Shown here: piece by piece, positions 1 to 10,447 of the stretch
How positions within the stretch are numbered: the first letter of the stretch is position 1
How the letters are laid out: each line of letters begins with the position of its first letter
Source of the DNA: Patescibacteria group bacterium
GTDB taxonomy: Bacteria; Patescibacteriota; UBA1384; XYA2-FULL-43-10; 1-14-0-10-43-13
Assembly: GCA_041674765.1 (NCBI GenBank)
Contig: JBAYVE010000003.1
Coordinates: 66,040-130,039 of the forward strand
Length of the DNA: 64,000 nucleotides
Reading direction: 5' to 3'
The notes under the pieces: model-generated
What the model saw: only the letters and a program-made list of their open reading frames with translations
Databases searched by the model: none
What the model was told of the DNA's origin: nothing
Position numbers and translations under genes: made by a program

Positions 1-738
1 ACCGTCGATAACTACAACTGTATGCTCGAAATGAGCGGCGATTGAATTGTCAGCGCTTTGAACCGTCCAACGATTCGGATGAACAGAAGTTTCGCCTGCA
101 CCCAGAGTCAGCATCGGCTCTATTGCCAAAGCCATACCTTCCTCTATCACAGGACCGGTATTTTGAGTACCAAAATTTGGAATTTGAGGCTGAACGTGCA
201 CGCCGGTTCCAACTCCATGACCGACATAATCACGAACTATTCCAAGACCCTTTGATAGCGCATATTTTTCGATGCTGTAACCGATATCTCCGATATGATT
301 TCCGGCTTTGACTTGTGAGATTCCTTGATTTAGGGCCTCTTTGGTGCTCTCAATCAGAATTTTCACATCCTCCGACACTGGGCCGACAGTAACAGTAATT
401 GCCATATCCGTGAATACTCCCTTATATTCAGCGCCCAAATCGAGTGAAACAACATCCGCTTCTCGAAGTATACGTTCGCTAGAGGGCAGCCCGTGAACAA
501 TTTCATTATTTACAGAGACACAGAGTGAAAAAGGAAACTCGCCGGCTCCCGGGACATAGTAATTTTTGAAGGCAGGACGGCAGCCATGTGTTAGGAGGTA
601 TTCTTCTGCAAGCGCGTCTAAAGAAAGTGTGTCAACGCCCGCTCTACAGAAATCTGCAGCCTTATGGATCGCTTCAGAAAGAATGCGGCCACAAACTTTG
701 ATATCATCAATTTGTTTTTTGTTAAGTATATTTTCCAT
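1..738 (-). CDS. map: Type I methionine aminopeptidase (3' end runs off window; missing from ORF track)
   Basis: Manual translation MENILNKKQIDDIKVCGRIL...CVSVNNEIVHGLP...DVVSLDLG...GHGVG...AIEPM...AAHFEHT; ATG overlaps adk stop (TAATG); canonical secY-adk-map order. Confidence 0.95.
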   Translation of the reverse strand, partial: MENILNKKQIDDIKVCGRILSEAIHKAADFCRAGVDTLSLDALAEEYLLTHGCRPAFKNYYVPGAGEFPFSLCVSVNNEIVHGLPSSERILREADVVSLDLGAEYKGVFTDMAITVTVGPVSEDVKILIESTKEALNQGISQVKAGNHIGDIGYSIEKYALSKGLGIVRDYVGHGVGTGVHVQPQIPNFGTQNTGPVIEEGMALAIEPMLTLGAGETSVHPNRWTVQSADNSIAAHFEHTVVVIDG

Positions 739-1376
739 TAAATTCTCATATCAATCTCTACTGTTACCTTCTCAACTGGCTCGTTGCCGTTGATTTCAAT
801 AATATCAATGTTATTTTCCCGATAGAATGAAAGGACCTCTTCGATAACAGGTATATTATAACTCATCCTTTCACGCATAATTTCGACGGTATCGTCGGTA
901 CGGCTGATCAATTTACCGCCACATTTTTCACATAATTCTAATTCGGTGCTTGCATAAATTGCGCTACATTTTCCGCAAATCTTTCTGGAAAGCGCGCGTT
1001 TGATTGCTTTTTCAGGATCAACTTTGATATAGATGATCTTCAAATTGTTGAGATCGTTGGCTAGATATTCGATCAGGAACTTAGCTTGTCCTTTACTCAG
1101 CGGGAAATTATCAAAAATAATATCTTCTTGATGAGAGTCCAAATAGTCACTGGCTAATTTTACGGCAACTTCATCGGGCTGTGGGATGCCTTTTTCATAA
1201 CGGTCTTTTACAGACGCAACAAAACTATCATCAGGGTTCCCCTCATTTATTATTTGACGCACGAGGCCACCCACTCCGATAATCTTTTCAATATTTAGTT
1301 TTTGGGCCAGAATTTCAGCCTGAGTGCCTTTGCCAGAGGCTGGCAAGCCTAAAAATGAGTAAATGTGTCTATCCAT
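738..1376 (-). CDS. adk: Adenylate kinase
   Basis: P-loop GLPASGKGT, Zn lid CGKC...CEKC, RTDD; downstream of secY. Confidence 0.92.
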   Translation of the reverse strand: MDRHIYSFLGLPASGKGTQAEILAQKLNIEKIIGVGGLVRQIINEGNPDDSFVASVKDRYEKGIPQPDEVAVKLASDYLDSHQEDIIFDNFPLSKGQAKFLIEYLANDLNNLKIIYIKVDPEKAIKRALSRKICGKCSAIYASTELELCEKCGGKLISRTDDTVEIMRERMSYNIPVIEEVLSFYRENNIDIIEINGNEPVEKVTVEIDMRI

Positions 1377-1387
1377 AGTATTATTTC

Positions 1388-2662
1388 TTAATATCTTTCA
1401 TATGTGTGCATCGACATCTGCGATTGAACCTGACGCATCGTTTCGATTACAACCGAAACAATAATCAAAATGCCTGTGCCACCCAATGTCAGCGTCGTAA
1501 TGTTTGTTATGGATTGGACAACGAAGGGCAACACAGCAATCAATCCTAAAAATAGAGCCCCTACAAGAGTGATTCTTGTTACAACCAATTTCACAAAGTC
1601 TTTCGTTTCCGTGCCTGGACGAATGCCAGGTATAAAACCACTTTGTTTCTGGAGATTTTCAGCAATTTGACTTGGCTTGAATACAATGCTGGTATAAAAG
1701 AAGGTAAACAGTATTACCAATATGAAATATGTAACAGCGTAAAAAGTATGATTATTGTTAAAAAGATCTGAAGTGTATTTGGCGGCATTTGCAAGCCAAA
1801 CTGTCTTTGCACTTTCAAGGTATTTCCCGATGACACCAGGTACAACCAAGATGCTCATAGCAAAGATGATCGGTATTACACCGGCGATATTTACCCTGAT
1901 CGGCAGATTACTGCTATACCCAGCATTTGCGCCAGAACGCATTTTTCTGGCATAAGTAACAGGAATATTCCGTTGTCCTTCTTGAATAAAAACAATCGCT
2001 GCCGTAACGCCGATAAAAAGTAAGAGGAAACTAATAGCGCCGATAATCTTGCCCGTATCACCTGATTGGACAAGCAGAACAGTGTTTCTGATTTGATCCG
2101 GAAAACCTGAAACAATACCTAATGCAATGATTAATGAAATGCCGTTACCAATCCCCTTTTCTGAGATAATCTCACCTATCCACATCAATAGCATCGTTCC
2201 AGCTGTAACGGAGATTAACATCAGAGAAAGGTCATAAATGCTCCACGTAGGAATGATGCCCTGGTTCCGAAGTAGTATAAGCATGCTGTAGGCCTGAAGA
2301 ACTGCCAGCGGAACAGTCGCCAGACGAGTGTATTGGGTTATTTTATGCTTTCCTGATTCCCCTTCTTTCTGCATCTCCTCAAGAGAAGGGACAATCATCG
2401 CGAGAAGTTGGAAGATGATTGAAGCCGTGATATAGGGACCGACACCCATCAGGATAATTGAAAAATTACTCATTGTTCCGCCAGAAAACATATTCAGAAA
2501 ACCAAAAACTTGGTTTTGGCTGAAGAATTCTTGCAATCTGGCCAAATCAACTCCTGGCAATGGAATATGGGCCAATACTCTGGTTAGCAGCAAAAGAGAG
2601 ACAGCAACAATAATCTTGTTCCGCAAATCCTTGTATTCCCAAATTTTCAGTAGTCTGTCCAT
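1388..2662 (-). CDS. secY: Preprotein translocase subunit SecY
   Basis: HIPLPG, GVGPYITASII, GIGNGISLII, GVIPIIFA, FIPGIRPG motifs; ~10 TM segments. Confidence 0.98.
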   Translation of the reverse strand: MDRLLKIWEYKDLRNKIIVAVSLLLLTRVLAHIPLPGVDLARLQEFFSQNQVFGFLNMFSGGTMSNFSIILMGVGPYITASIIFQLLAMIVPSLEEMQKEGESGKHKITQYTRLATVPLAVLQAYSMLILLRNQGIIPTWSIYDLSLMLISVTAGTMLLMWIGEIISEKGIGNGISLIIALGIVSGFPDQIRNTVLLVQSGDTGKIIGAISFLLLFIGVTAAIVFIQEGQRNIPVTYARKMRSGANAGYSSNLPIRVNIAGVIPIIFAMSILVVPGVIGKYLESAKTVWLANAAKYTSDLFNNNHTFYAVTYFILVILFTFFYTSIVFKPSQIAENLQKQSGFIPGIRPGTETKDFVKLVVTRITLVGALFLGLIAVLPFVVQSITNITTLTLGGTGILIIVSVVIETMRQVQSQMSMHTYERY

Positions 2663-2795
2663 TTATTTGACTATAACTTATTTTCCGCTCGAAATCAACG
2701 AAAAATTGCACTCATTTTTGAGATAAACAATAAGTTCGCAGGTTGATGTTTGTATCTTTTTACAAAAACTATTTTTACCTGACGATTAGGCTAAA

Positions 2796-3185
2796 TTACT
2801 CTTGAATGCCATCAATCGTTTCTCCGGATTTGACTCCCCCAATCAGCCCTCTTTCTCTGAGCTCCAACACTATGGCATTGAAGTAAGCAGGTCTGGTATG
2901 CCAAACATTCACGTCGCTCTCATTCACGCGGGAAATTAACTGATTATTTGAATCCTCGGAAAGGTGTAAATCACTACGCAATGTCTGGGATTGACGAATC
3001 AAACCAGGAGTTGTCTTTATCATACTTGCGAGCGATTTCAAAAGCTCCGCAATTTTCGAACTGTCCAAGTAAACTTTTGGTTCAACATCGACCGGCTTTT
3101 GAGTAGCAAATGCGAGACTAGAAAAGTCCCTATTATCATCGCTTGGAGTCTCAACTCTCGGCCGCAAAACAAATTTCTCATTCAT
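2796..3185 (-). CDS. Hypothetical protein
   Basis: 129-aa ORF with ATG and upstream AAGGG; no recognised motif. Confidence 0.6.
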   Translation of the reverse strand: MNEKFVLRPRVETPSDDNRDFSSLAFATQKPVDVEPKVYLDSSKIAELLKSLASMIKTTPGLIRQSQTLRSDLHLSEDSNNQLISRVNESDVNVWHTRPAYFNAIVLELRERGLIGGVKSGETIDGIQE

Positions 3186-3315
3186 GTTTTCCCTTGTCTA
3201 TTTTTCTAGTAACTCTATTCTATCTCAAAGCGGCGAATAATAAAAAATTGTTACATGTTATGGTGATAAATGTGCGGTAAAGGAATATTTTATTAGGGTA
3301 ATAAGCAGGAGAACT

Positions 3316-3750
3316 ATGCAAAAATTTAAAGTAATGGTGAGGGCTATTATTATTTTGGGGCATCCCGACCAGTTGCTCCTTTATCGCAAGAAAGGGTCAG
3401 ACATCTATTTTCTCCCCGGGGTCGATATCGAACCAGGCAAACAGGCGACGGAATGCCTTGCAAATTATCTCAGAGAAAAATTAATGATTTCGCCTGGAAA
3501 ATTTTATTTTGTTGGAACGATGGAGCATATAGCTGGCACCGAACATATTTACACGCTCTTTTTCAAAGCAGATGAATTTGGAAGTTATCTCGAATTGCCT
3601 CAAACAGGTCTAGAGGTTTTCGAATGGAAAATGTTGCCGCTTGAACAAAATGTGAAATTAGAACCCAAATATTTGAAAGAAGATCTTTCTAGGTGGCTGA
3701 AAGGGAAAGAGATTTTCCTCTCAACAAAGGATAAGGCTTTCTCGGCATAA
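3316..3750 (+). CDS. NUDIX-fold protein with degenerate Nudix box
   Basis: VRAIII..LLL..YFLPGVDIEPGKQATECLANYLREKL follows the Nudix pattern but lacks the REUXEE residues; SD CAGGAG. Confidence 0.7.
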   Translation: MQKFKVMVRAIIILGHPDQLLLYRKKGSDIYFLPGVDIEPGKQATECLANYLREKLMISPGKFYFVGTMEHIAGTEHIYTLFFKADEFGSYLELPQTGLEVFEWKMLPLEQNVKLEPKYLKEDLSRWLKGKEIFLSTKDKAFSA

Positions 3751-3967
3751 TTAAAGAGTCAACTATAAACTAAATGGCAAGAAAACAAAAAAGAGTTGTT
3801 TCTGCCAGCCTTTGTAAACGCCCCACCCCCCATGGGGTGTTTACAAAAATTACTCTCGAATTGAGAGTAATTTTTGTGCTACCTCTTAGCTCAAATAATT
3901 GAGATAAAAGGAGCGGTGGAAACGGGTGTGAACCCGTTTCCTGAAACCTCCTGTTTCCCGCTTCATC

Positions 3968-4330
3968 TTAGGATCGGCCAAATCCGCAGGGATTCGCGCT
4001 GAATTCCCTATAGATTTTGATGGCAGTCTGTATCGACGGACTAATCTGGGTAATCGTAACCAACTGATCAGTACCAGTCACTTCGATCTTTGATTTTCCA
4101 GAGTGCCGGAATCCAAGCGGACATGGCGTAAATGGATACTGCGCGCTGACAAAGCGCACAACGTTGTTGGGAATCATCCCTAACACAGGATCGAGCCACG
4201 AACCAACAGGGATGAAATCCATCCCCGCGTCTTTGTCATGATTAGTGGTCACATTGCCAATCATGCCATCCATGGCAAGCTGAGAGAGGACTGTCATCCA
4301 TCCGGGGTAAAGATAAATACGGATCGTCAT
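3968..4330 (-). CDS. Hypothetical protein (higher-GC inserted gene)
   Basis: ORF MTIRIYLYPGW... with SD-like AAGGGG; own promoter-like TTGACA...TATATC upstream (~4400-4435); followed by hairpins. Confidence 0.55.
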   Translation of the reverse strand: MTIRIYLYPGWMTVLSQLAMDGMIGNVTTNHDKDAGMDFIPVGSWLDPVLGMIPNNVVRFVSAQYPFTPCPLGFRHSGKSKIEVTGTDQLVTITQISPSIQTAIKIYREFSANPCGFGRS

Positions 4331-4492
4331 GGTATTCCCCTTTCCGTTCAAGGCTCATGCAAATAATCAAGTATTTGTCAGGCCTTTGATACGGTGAGAT
4401 AGATATATCATAACATCAGTTATAACCTTTGTCAATAATTTTTATGCTTAAGGTGTCATCTTAAGCTCTTTGAGCTTTCCTGAGGTTGATAT

Positions 4493-4525
4493 AAAAAATC
4501 ACTCTCGATTCGAGGGTGATTTTTT
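4493..4525. terminator. Bidirectional intrinsic terminator after rplO
   Basis: AAAAAATCACTCTCG-ATT-CGAGGGTGATTTTTT hairpin with A/T tails. Confidence 0.7.
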
Positions 4526-4582
4526 ATAAAGAGATTCTTTGCTTACGCTCAGAATTACAGTTCTATGTAGATAAACAATATT

Positions 4583-5116
4583 TTATTCAGCTTTTTTCTT
4601 TGGAGCAGATTTCTTGGCTACGGTCTTCTTCTCGACTAGTTTCTCGGCTACTACTGCCTCTTCGGTTTTTACTTCAGCGGGTTTATTTTCAGCTTTTGGC
4701 TTTTCGCTTTTGACTTCAGTGAATAGCGCCCTGACGGGGCCTGAGACTCTAACCCCAACACCCAATTCAACTTTTACAGTCAAGGTGCCGTTGCTTAAGA
4801 TCTTCGGAGTCTGACGTCGTGTAACCAATCCTTTTTCTACTAAAGTTGTCTTGGAAACCGTATCTCCGTCCTTGAAAGCTTGAGATATTTGGTCCAGAGA
4901 AACTACTTCATTCTTCGCCTTATGAGATTTGAAGCCAGGAAGTTTTGGTAATCTCATCGAAAGAGGAGTCTGACCACCTTCAAAACGGTTTGGCAAGTTG
5001 TAGCCACTGCGGGATTTTTGACCCTTAGTACCACGTCCGGCCGTTTTGCCACCGCCAGCAGAGATACCCCTGCCGATGCGTTTTCTATTTTTTGTTTGTA
5101 CTGATTCTAATTTCAT
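4583..5116 (-). CDS. rplO: 50S ribosomal protein L15
   Basis: RIGRGISAGGGKTAGRGTKGQKSR, FEGGQTPL; Lys/Ala/Glu-rich C-terminal tail. Confidence 0.97.
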   Translation of the reverse strand: MKLESVQTKNRKRIGRGISAGGGKTAGRGTKGQKSRSGYNLPNRFEGGQTPLSMRLPKLPGFKSHKAKNEVVSLDQISQAFKDGDTVSKTTLVEKGLVTRRQTPKILSNGTLTVKVELGVGVRVSGPVRALFTEVKSEKPKAENKPAEVKTEEAVVAEKLVEKKTVAKKSAPKKKAE

Positions 5117-5197
5117 TTGAAACCTAATGTCTAATTGTTCTAATTAATCGAATCTTTTGAATTATCTATTGGATTTATTGATTCGATATTTGGCTGT

Positions 5198-5875
5198 CTA
5201 TTTTTTCTTTGCTGCCTTCTTCACGGCTGCTTTACTCTTTACCGCCTTGATTTCTTCTTTTGTCTCTACTGCCGGAGCTTCCTCAACCGGAGCTTCTGTA
5301 ACTTTCACCGCAGTTTTTTTGTCAGCATATTTTTGAACGGTCTTTGTATATTCAGGATTGAATGAGGATAAGGCTTTTAAAGTAGCAAGTACATTGTTTA
5401 CTTTGTTGGCACTACCTAGCATCTTTGAAAGTAGGTCGGAAATCCCTGCAAGGTCAGCAACAGCACGAACACTTCCACCGGCAACGATTGAAGTACCGGA
5501 TGCTGCAGGTCTAAGCATTACGACAGCCGAACCATATTTGGCAGTAATTTCATAAGGAATGGTACCATCAATAATTGGTATAACCACAAGACTTCTCTTT
5601 GCCCGAGTTACAGCTTTTTTTACTGCTTCAGAAACATCATTCGCTTTTGCTACGCCCATTCCCACTTTACCTTTGCGGTTTCCAATTACAACAAGCGCGC
5701 GGAAACGGATACGTCTTCCACCTTTTACAGTTCTGGCAACCCGACGAACTTCGATGACGCGTTCTTCAAACTCCGACAGCTCTCTTCGATCCCCATCAAA
5801 ACGCTTTGGACGCATAAAGTTTTTACTTGGTCGCTCTGTTGATTCTGTTGTTGTTGCTTGTTTTTGGATAGCCAT
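5198..5875 (-). CDS. rpsE: 30S ribosomal protein S5
   Basis: RVARTVKGGRRIRFRALVVIGN, LRPAASGTSIVAGG. Confidence 0.98.
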   Translation of the reverse strand: MAIQKQATTTESTERPSKNFMRPKRFDGDRRELSEFEERVIEVRRVARTVKGGRRIRFRALVVIGNRKGKVGMGVAKANDVSEAVKKAVTRAKRSLVVIPIIDGTIPYEITAKYGSAVVMLRPAASGTSIVAGGSVRAVADLAGISDLLSKMLGSANKVNNVLATLKALSSFNPEYTKTVQKYADKKTAVKVTEAPVEEAPAVETKEEIKAVKSKAAVKKAAKKK

Positions 5876-5893
5876 AAATAAATCCTTAGTATA

Positions 5894-6199
5894 TTAAATC
5901 GTGACGCCGGCGTCCCGGATACCATCGGCGAAGGCCTTCACCTGACCATGATAACGGTAACCATTTCTATCGAATACAAGACTGCCAATCTTTTTTTCTG
6001 TAATTTTGGCGCCGAGAATTCTCCCAGCTTCAAATGCTTTCTCAGTTGGTTTGCCGGTCTTTACAATTTGGCTCGAAACCGAAAACAGAGTTTTGCCTGC
6101 AACATCATCAATCACCTGACCGGAGATGAATCTGTTTGAACGATAAACCGATACTCTCGGTTTATCTTTTGTACCATTGATTTTAACTGATTTTGACAT
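5894..6199 (-). CDS. rplR: 50S ribosomal protein L18 (short N-terminus)
   Basis: PRVSVYRSN, VFDRNGYRYHGQVKAFADG. Confidence 0.97.
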   Translation of the reverse strand: MSKSVKINGTKDKPRVSVYRSNRFISGQVIDDVAGKTLFSVSSQIVKTGKPTEKAFEAGRILGAKITEKKIGSLVFDRNGYRYHGQVKAFADGIRDAGVTI

Positions 6200-6222
6200 T
6201 TTATCCTTGTAGCGAAATAATA

Positions 6223-6762
6223 TTATTTAGAAGCAGCAGTTTTACCGGCTTTTCTTCTGATATGTTCATCTTTGTATTTAATACCTTTGCCTTTATAGAC
6301 TTCCGGCGGTCGAACTTCTCGGACTACAGCCGCAAATTGTCCAACACTACTTTTGTCCATACCTGAAATCTGAATAGTATTCTTCACAACCTTGACCTCG
6401 AGTCCCTGAGGAATCGCTAACCTAATCTCATGTGAGTAGCCCATATTTAAGACAAGTTCGTTGCCTGAAATTGCTGCCCGATAGCCAGTACCTGTGAAAG
6501 TTAACTCTTTAAGGAAACCTTCTTTTACTCCGTGAATAATATTTGATATAAGACGGGCATAAAGACCATGGAGCGATCTGGCAACTTTTGTGTCGTTGGC
6601 TCTGCTAACCTGTATATTTCCATCCTCAACAGAAGCACCGATTTCTCGAGGAAGAGTCAATTCTGAAGTTTTGCCGTTAAAAGAAGCGCTGATATTTTGA
6701 TCGGCGATTTTAATCTCGACACCTTCTTCAATTTTTATTGGTCTTTTACCTATTTTTGACAT
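6223..6762 (-). CDS. rplF: 50S ribosomal protein L6
   Basis: MSKIGKRPI, GTGYRA, RPPEVYKGKGIKY. Confidence 0.98.
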   Translation of the reverse strand: MSKIGKRPIKIEEGVEIKIADQNISASFNGKTSELTLPREIGASVEDGNIQVSRANDTKVARSLHGLYARLISNIIHGVKEGFLKELTFTGTGYRAAISGNELVLNMGYSHEIRLAIPQGLEVKVVKNTIQISGMDKSSVGQFAAVVREVRPPEVYKGKGIKYKDEHIRRKAGKTAASK

Positions 6763-6809
6763 AATTACCTTTTATTCGTTTATTTGTATGATTCGTAATC
6801 TGTTTTGGA

Positions 6810-7193
6810 TTACCATATTTCGCAGATTAATTCCCCGCCAAAACCGCCTTTTCGAGCTTCTTTGCCAGTAATAACCCCTTTGGAGGTGGAAATTACGACA
6901 GTCCCAAGTCCTCGAAGAGGCATAGGGATTTCGGCATTCTTTGCGTATACTCTTCGTCCCGGTTTGCTGATTTGTTTCAAATGGCTTGGGGTTTTTGTCC
7001 TAGAAATAATGACAGTAAGGGTAGATTTACCGTTGTCCTTGTCTGCCACCATCTCATAGCTTTGAATAAAACCTTCAGCTTTTAGAATATTCAAAATAGC
7101 TTCCTTCATCTTTGAATATGGAAGAGTTATCTCGTATTTACCGATTGCACTCGAGTTTTTGATTCTGGTTAATAAGTCTGCTATTTGATCCAT
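6810..7193 (-). CDS. rpsH: 30S ribosomal protein S8
   Basis: DQIADLLTRIKN, ISKPGRRVY, ISTSKG, GGELICEIW. Confidence 0.98.
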   Translation of the reverse strand: MDQIADLLTRIKNSSAIGKYEITLPYSKMKEAILNILKAEGFIQSYEMVADKDNGKSTLTVIISRTKTPSHLKQISKPGRRVYAKNAEIPMPLRGLGTVVISTSKGVITGKEARKGGFGGELICEIW

Positions 7194-7228
7194 TTTTTTC
7201 CTCTATTTTGTAATATTCCGAAAAACTT

Positions 7229-7414
7229 TTACCAACTTGATTTAACAACTCCTGGAATTTCTCCCTTGGAAGCAAGCTCCCGGAAGCAAATTCTGCAGAG
7301 TGCAAACTTTCTAATATAAGCATGTTTGCGGCCGCAGCTTTTGCATCGGTTGATTGTTCTTGTTGAATATTTTGGCGTTTTCAGCGCCTTTAATATCATT
7401 GATTTTTTTGCCAT
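7229..7414 (-). CDS. rpsN: 30S ribosomal protein S14 (type Z, Zn-binding)
   Basis: 61 aa, RCKSCGR...[17 protein letters not shown]. Confidence 0.98.
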   Translation of the reverse strand: MAKKSMILKALKTPKYSTRTINRCKSCGRKHAYIRKFALCRICFRELASKGEIPGVVKSSW

Positions 7415-7423
7415 TTTTGCTCC

Positions 7424-7966
7424 TTATTCCTTTGCAAACGGAAAACCTAGCTTATGAAGTAACACCCTGGCCTCGTCTTTGCTCTTTGCCGTAGTCTTTA
7501 TATTTATCTGTAAGCCGAAATTAACGGATATCTCTTCGTATTTAACTTCCGGAAAGATAGAATAATCTCTGATACCGACAGAGTAATTGCCCTGATCGTC
7601 AAAAGCTTTTGTCGACAGACCTCTGAAGTCACGGACCCGAGGCAAGGCAACATTTACAAGCTTCTCGATAAAGTCGTACATTCTGACATTTCGAAGAGTA
7701 ACTGTAACTCCAACTGGCTGGCCAATTCTGAGTTTAAAGGCAGAGACTGCTTTTCTGGCGTGATTGATTTTCGGTTTCTGACCGGCAATTCTGGAAATTT
7801 CCCCAGAAATTTTTTCAACGGCATTTTTGTCTTCCTTAAAATCACCAATTCCTGAAGAAATAACTATTTTGGTAATTCTCGGTACATCCAAATCATTCTT
7901 TTTCGAAAGTTCTTTTTTGAGCTCCGGCAAAATAACTTTGTTGAATTTTTCAGCTAATTTTTCCAT
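7424..7966 (-). CDS. rplE: 50S ribosomal protein L5
   Basis: GQKP, AFKLRIG, ALPRVRDFRG, IFPE. Confidence 0.98.
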   Translation of the reverse strand: MEKLAEKFNKVILPELKKELSKKNDLDVPRITKIVISSGIGDFKEDKNAVEKISGEISRIAGQKPKINHARKAVSAFKLRIGQPVGVTVTLRNVRMYDFIEKLVNVALPRVRDFRGLSTKAFDDQGNYSVGIRDYSIFPEVKYEEISVNFGLQINIKTTAKSKDEARVLLHKLGFPFAKE

Positions 7967-8286
7967 TATTTATTTCCACCTTCTAAACTTTGACCGCATT
8001 TTTTGCAAATTCGAAGTTTGCCTTTTTCGGTCAGTTTATATCCAATCTTTGTTAACTTGCCACAATTGGCGCAAACAATCATCATCTTCGAAACATCAAC
8101 TTTCTGATTGATTTCGATTATTCCGCCCTGTGGGTTTTTCTTTGACGGCTTAACATGTTTTTTTGCCAATGCGATACCTTTGACAACGACCTTTCCTTCG
8201 GTCGGAAAGACACGTTCAATAACTCCGGACTTTCCCTTGTCCTTGCCTGCTATGATTGCTACGTTGTCATTTTTCTTTAATTTCAT
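7966..8286 (-). CDS. rplX: 50S ribosomal protein L24
   Basis: KOW motif IAGKDKGKSG, KKHVKP, QGGIIE. Confidence 0.98.
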   Translation of the reverse strand: MKLKKNDNVAIIAGKDKGKSGVIERVFPTEGKVVVKGIALAKKHVKPSKKNPQGGIIEINQKVDVSKMMIVCANCGKLTKIGYKLTEKGKLRICKKCGQSLEGGNK

Positions 8287-8329
8287 GATATTGTTTGCTT
8301 TATAAACTTTATAAACTTTTAACTTTGAT

Positions 8330-8695
8330 CTAAAGAACCTCTGGCGCTAATGAAATAATTTTCATATAGCCTGCGCGCAACTCACGAGGGATTGGTCCGA
8401 AAATTCTGGTACCGCGTGGCTCTTTGTTGGTATCTATAATGACTGCTGCATTCTCAGAGAAGCTAATATATGAGCCATCTTCTCTGGAAATGGGCTTGAC
8501 CTGACGGACGACCACAGCTTTAACAACCTCTTTTTTCTTAACGGTGCCTCTTGGTAGCGCATCTTTGACTGAGGCTGAAATGATATCACCGACCTCGGCG
8601 CCGTCTCTTTTGGCACGCCCAAGAACAGTGATGCATTCTATCTCTTTTGCACCGGTGTTGTCTGCAACTTTTAATCTTGTACCTGGCTGAATCAT
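8330..8695 (-). CDS. rplN: 50S ribosomal protein L14
   Basis: [25 protein letters not shown]. Confidence 0.98.
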   Translation of the reverse strand: MIQPGTRLKVADNTGAKEIECITVLGRAKRDGAEVGDIISASVKDALPRGTVKKKEVVKAVVVRQVKPISREDGSYISFSENAAVIIDTNKEPRGTRIFGPIPRELRAGYMKIISLAPEVL

Positions 8696-8940
8696 TATTT
8701 AACCTTCTTTAACACTGAAAAGTTTTTATCCTTCGAGATTGGTTTTGTTTCAACTATTTCAACAATCTCGCCGGTCTTATATTCATTCTTTTCGTCATGA
8801 GCCTTGAATTTCTGGCTTGTAACGTATTTCTTCTTATAAATAGGATGAGTTTTGACAGAATCTATTCTAACGACAACTGTCTTGTCCATCTTATCGGAAA
8901 CAACTTCGCCTGTTCTGATTTTTTGATTGCTTTTTGTCAT
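8695..8940 (-). CDS. rpsQ: 30S ribosomal protein S17
   Basis: [27 protein letters not shown]. Confidence 0.98.
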   Translation of the reverse strand: MTKSNQKIRTGEVVSDKMDKTVVVRIDSVKTHPIYKKKYVTSQKFKAHDEKNEYKTGEIVEIVETKPISKDKNFSVLKKVK

Positions 8941-9146
8941 TATATCTCCAAACTCTTTTCACTAATTATCGTTTTTACTCTGGCTATATCTTTGCGCACT
9001 TTGGTAATTTCGGAGTAATTATCAAGTTTACCTGCCTTAACACGAAGATTGTCACCAGAAAGCTTCTTCTCCAAAACAATCAGCTCAGTTAAAAGCTTTT
9101 CTATACTCATCTCACGATAATTTTTTAATTTTTCAATCGATTTCAT
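8940..9146 (-). CDS. rpmC: 50S ribosomal protein L29
   Basis: VRKDIARVKT; position between rplP and rpsQ. Confidence 0.93.
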   Translation of the reverse strand: MKSIEKLKNYREMSIEKLLTELIVLEKKLSGDNLRVKAGKLDNYSEITKVRKDIARVKTIISEKSLEI

Positions 9147-9243
9147 ATTGTTCTTCGATACTAATAACTAATGTAACCAATGGAGCGAATTAAAGAAATT
9201 TGACTATTCGTTTTATTTGCTTTATTCGTTATTCGTTCTGTCG

Positions 9244-9654
9244 CTATTCTTCTTTACTGATGAATTTAGTCTTTAATGGAATTTTGTGCTCTGCTAATCT
9301 CATGGCTTCCTTTGCAATATCGTGAGGAACACCATCCATCTCAAAGAGAATTCTACCTGGACGAATAACAGCAACAAAATGATCGACTGCACCTTTTCCC
9401 GACCCCATTGGAACTTCTGGTGAAGTGGACGTCACCGGCTTATCAGGGAAAACTCTGATCCAGATCTGACCGCCACGCTTGATATAACGAGTCATTGCAC
9501 GTCTAGCGGCTTCGATCGAACGAGCAGAAATCCAACCCGGCTCCATCGCCTTGATACCAAACTTGCCAAAAGCAAAATCATTTCCACGGCTAGCAAGCCC
9601 ACGCATATCACCGCGCTGCTGCTTTCTGTATTTCATTTTCTTTGGCATTAACAT
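9244..9654 (-). CDS. rplP: 50S ribosomal protein L16
   Basis: [37 protein letters not shown]. Confidence 0.98.
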   Translation of the reverse strand: MLMPKKMKYRKQQRGDMRGLASRGNDFAFGKFGIKAMEPGWISARSIEAARRAMTRYIKRGGQIWIRVFPDKPVTSTSPEVPMGSGKGAVDHFVAVIRPGRILFEMDGVPHDIAKEAMRLAEHKIPLKTKFISKEE

Positions 9655-9799
9655 ATATTCAATTCCAATTTCTAACTGTTCTAATTGTTCTAATTGACCT
9701 AAACAAATCTCAAATCTTTAATCTCTAATCGGATAATTTAGTATTTGGTTCTTGTTTAGGTTAACTAGTAATTAGGTTAATTAGATTAATTTATTTTTG

Positions 9800-10447
9800 T
9801 TATTTAATGAATTCTTCGATATTAAAGACTCTTTCGCCCTTGTAAACCCAGACCTTGACGCCAATAATTCCATAAGTGGTAAGAGCAGTCAAGTATTTAT
9901 AATCAATATCAGACTTAAATGTTGAGAGAGGCACAGTACCGTAGATAAGCTTCTCTGTCCGTGCGATGTCGGCACCATTTAATCTACCTGCGACCTGAAC
10001 CTTTATTCCTTTTACACCAGCTGCTTTTGCTTTTTCGATAGACTGCTTCATTGCTCTCTTGAACGGAATACGTTTTTCAATTTGAGAAGCAATATTTTGC
10101 GCTACAATTGCGGCATCAGAATCAGGCTTCTTGATCTCAATGATGTTAATCTGAATCTTCTCTTTGATGAATGTAGCAAGAAATTTCTTCAATTCCTCGG
10201 TACCCGCACCGCCACGGCCAATGACAACACCGGGGCGACCTGAGTAGATATCGATCGAAACCTTATTTGCATCTCGGCTGATAATAATTTTTGAGATTGA
10301 GGCATCTTTGAGCCGTTTTTCAAGAGCACGTCGAATCTGCACATCCTGAATAAGCGATTCGCTATAATTTGTCCGTCCAAACCATTTGGACTGCCACAAC
10401 TCATTTATTTTCAACCGGATAGATTTTGGGTTAACTTTTTGTCCCAT
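9800..10447 (-). CDS. rpsC: 30S ribosomal protein S3
   Basis: MGQKVNP, RPGVVIGRGG, GRLNGADIAR, TYGIIGVKVW. Confidence 0.98.
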   Translation of the reverse strand: MGQKVNPKSIRLKINELWQSKWFGRTNYSESLIQDVQIRRALEKRLKDASISKIIISRDANKVSIDIYSGRPGVVIGRGGAGTEELKKFLATFIKEKIQINIIEIKKPDSDAAIVAQNIASQIEKRIPFKRAMKQSIEKAKAAGVKGIKVQVAGRLNGADIARTEKLIYGTVPLSTFKSDIDYKYLTALTTYGIIGVKVWVYKGERVFNIEEFIK

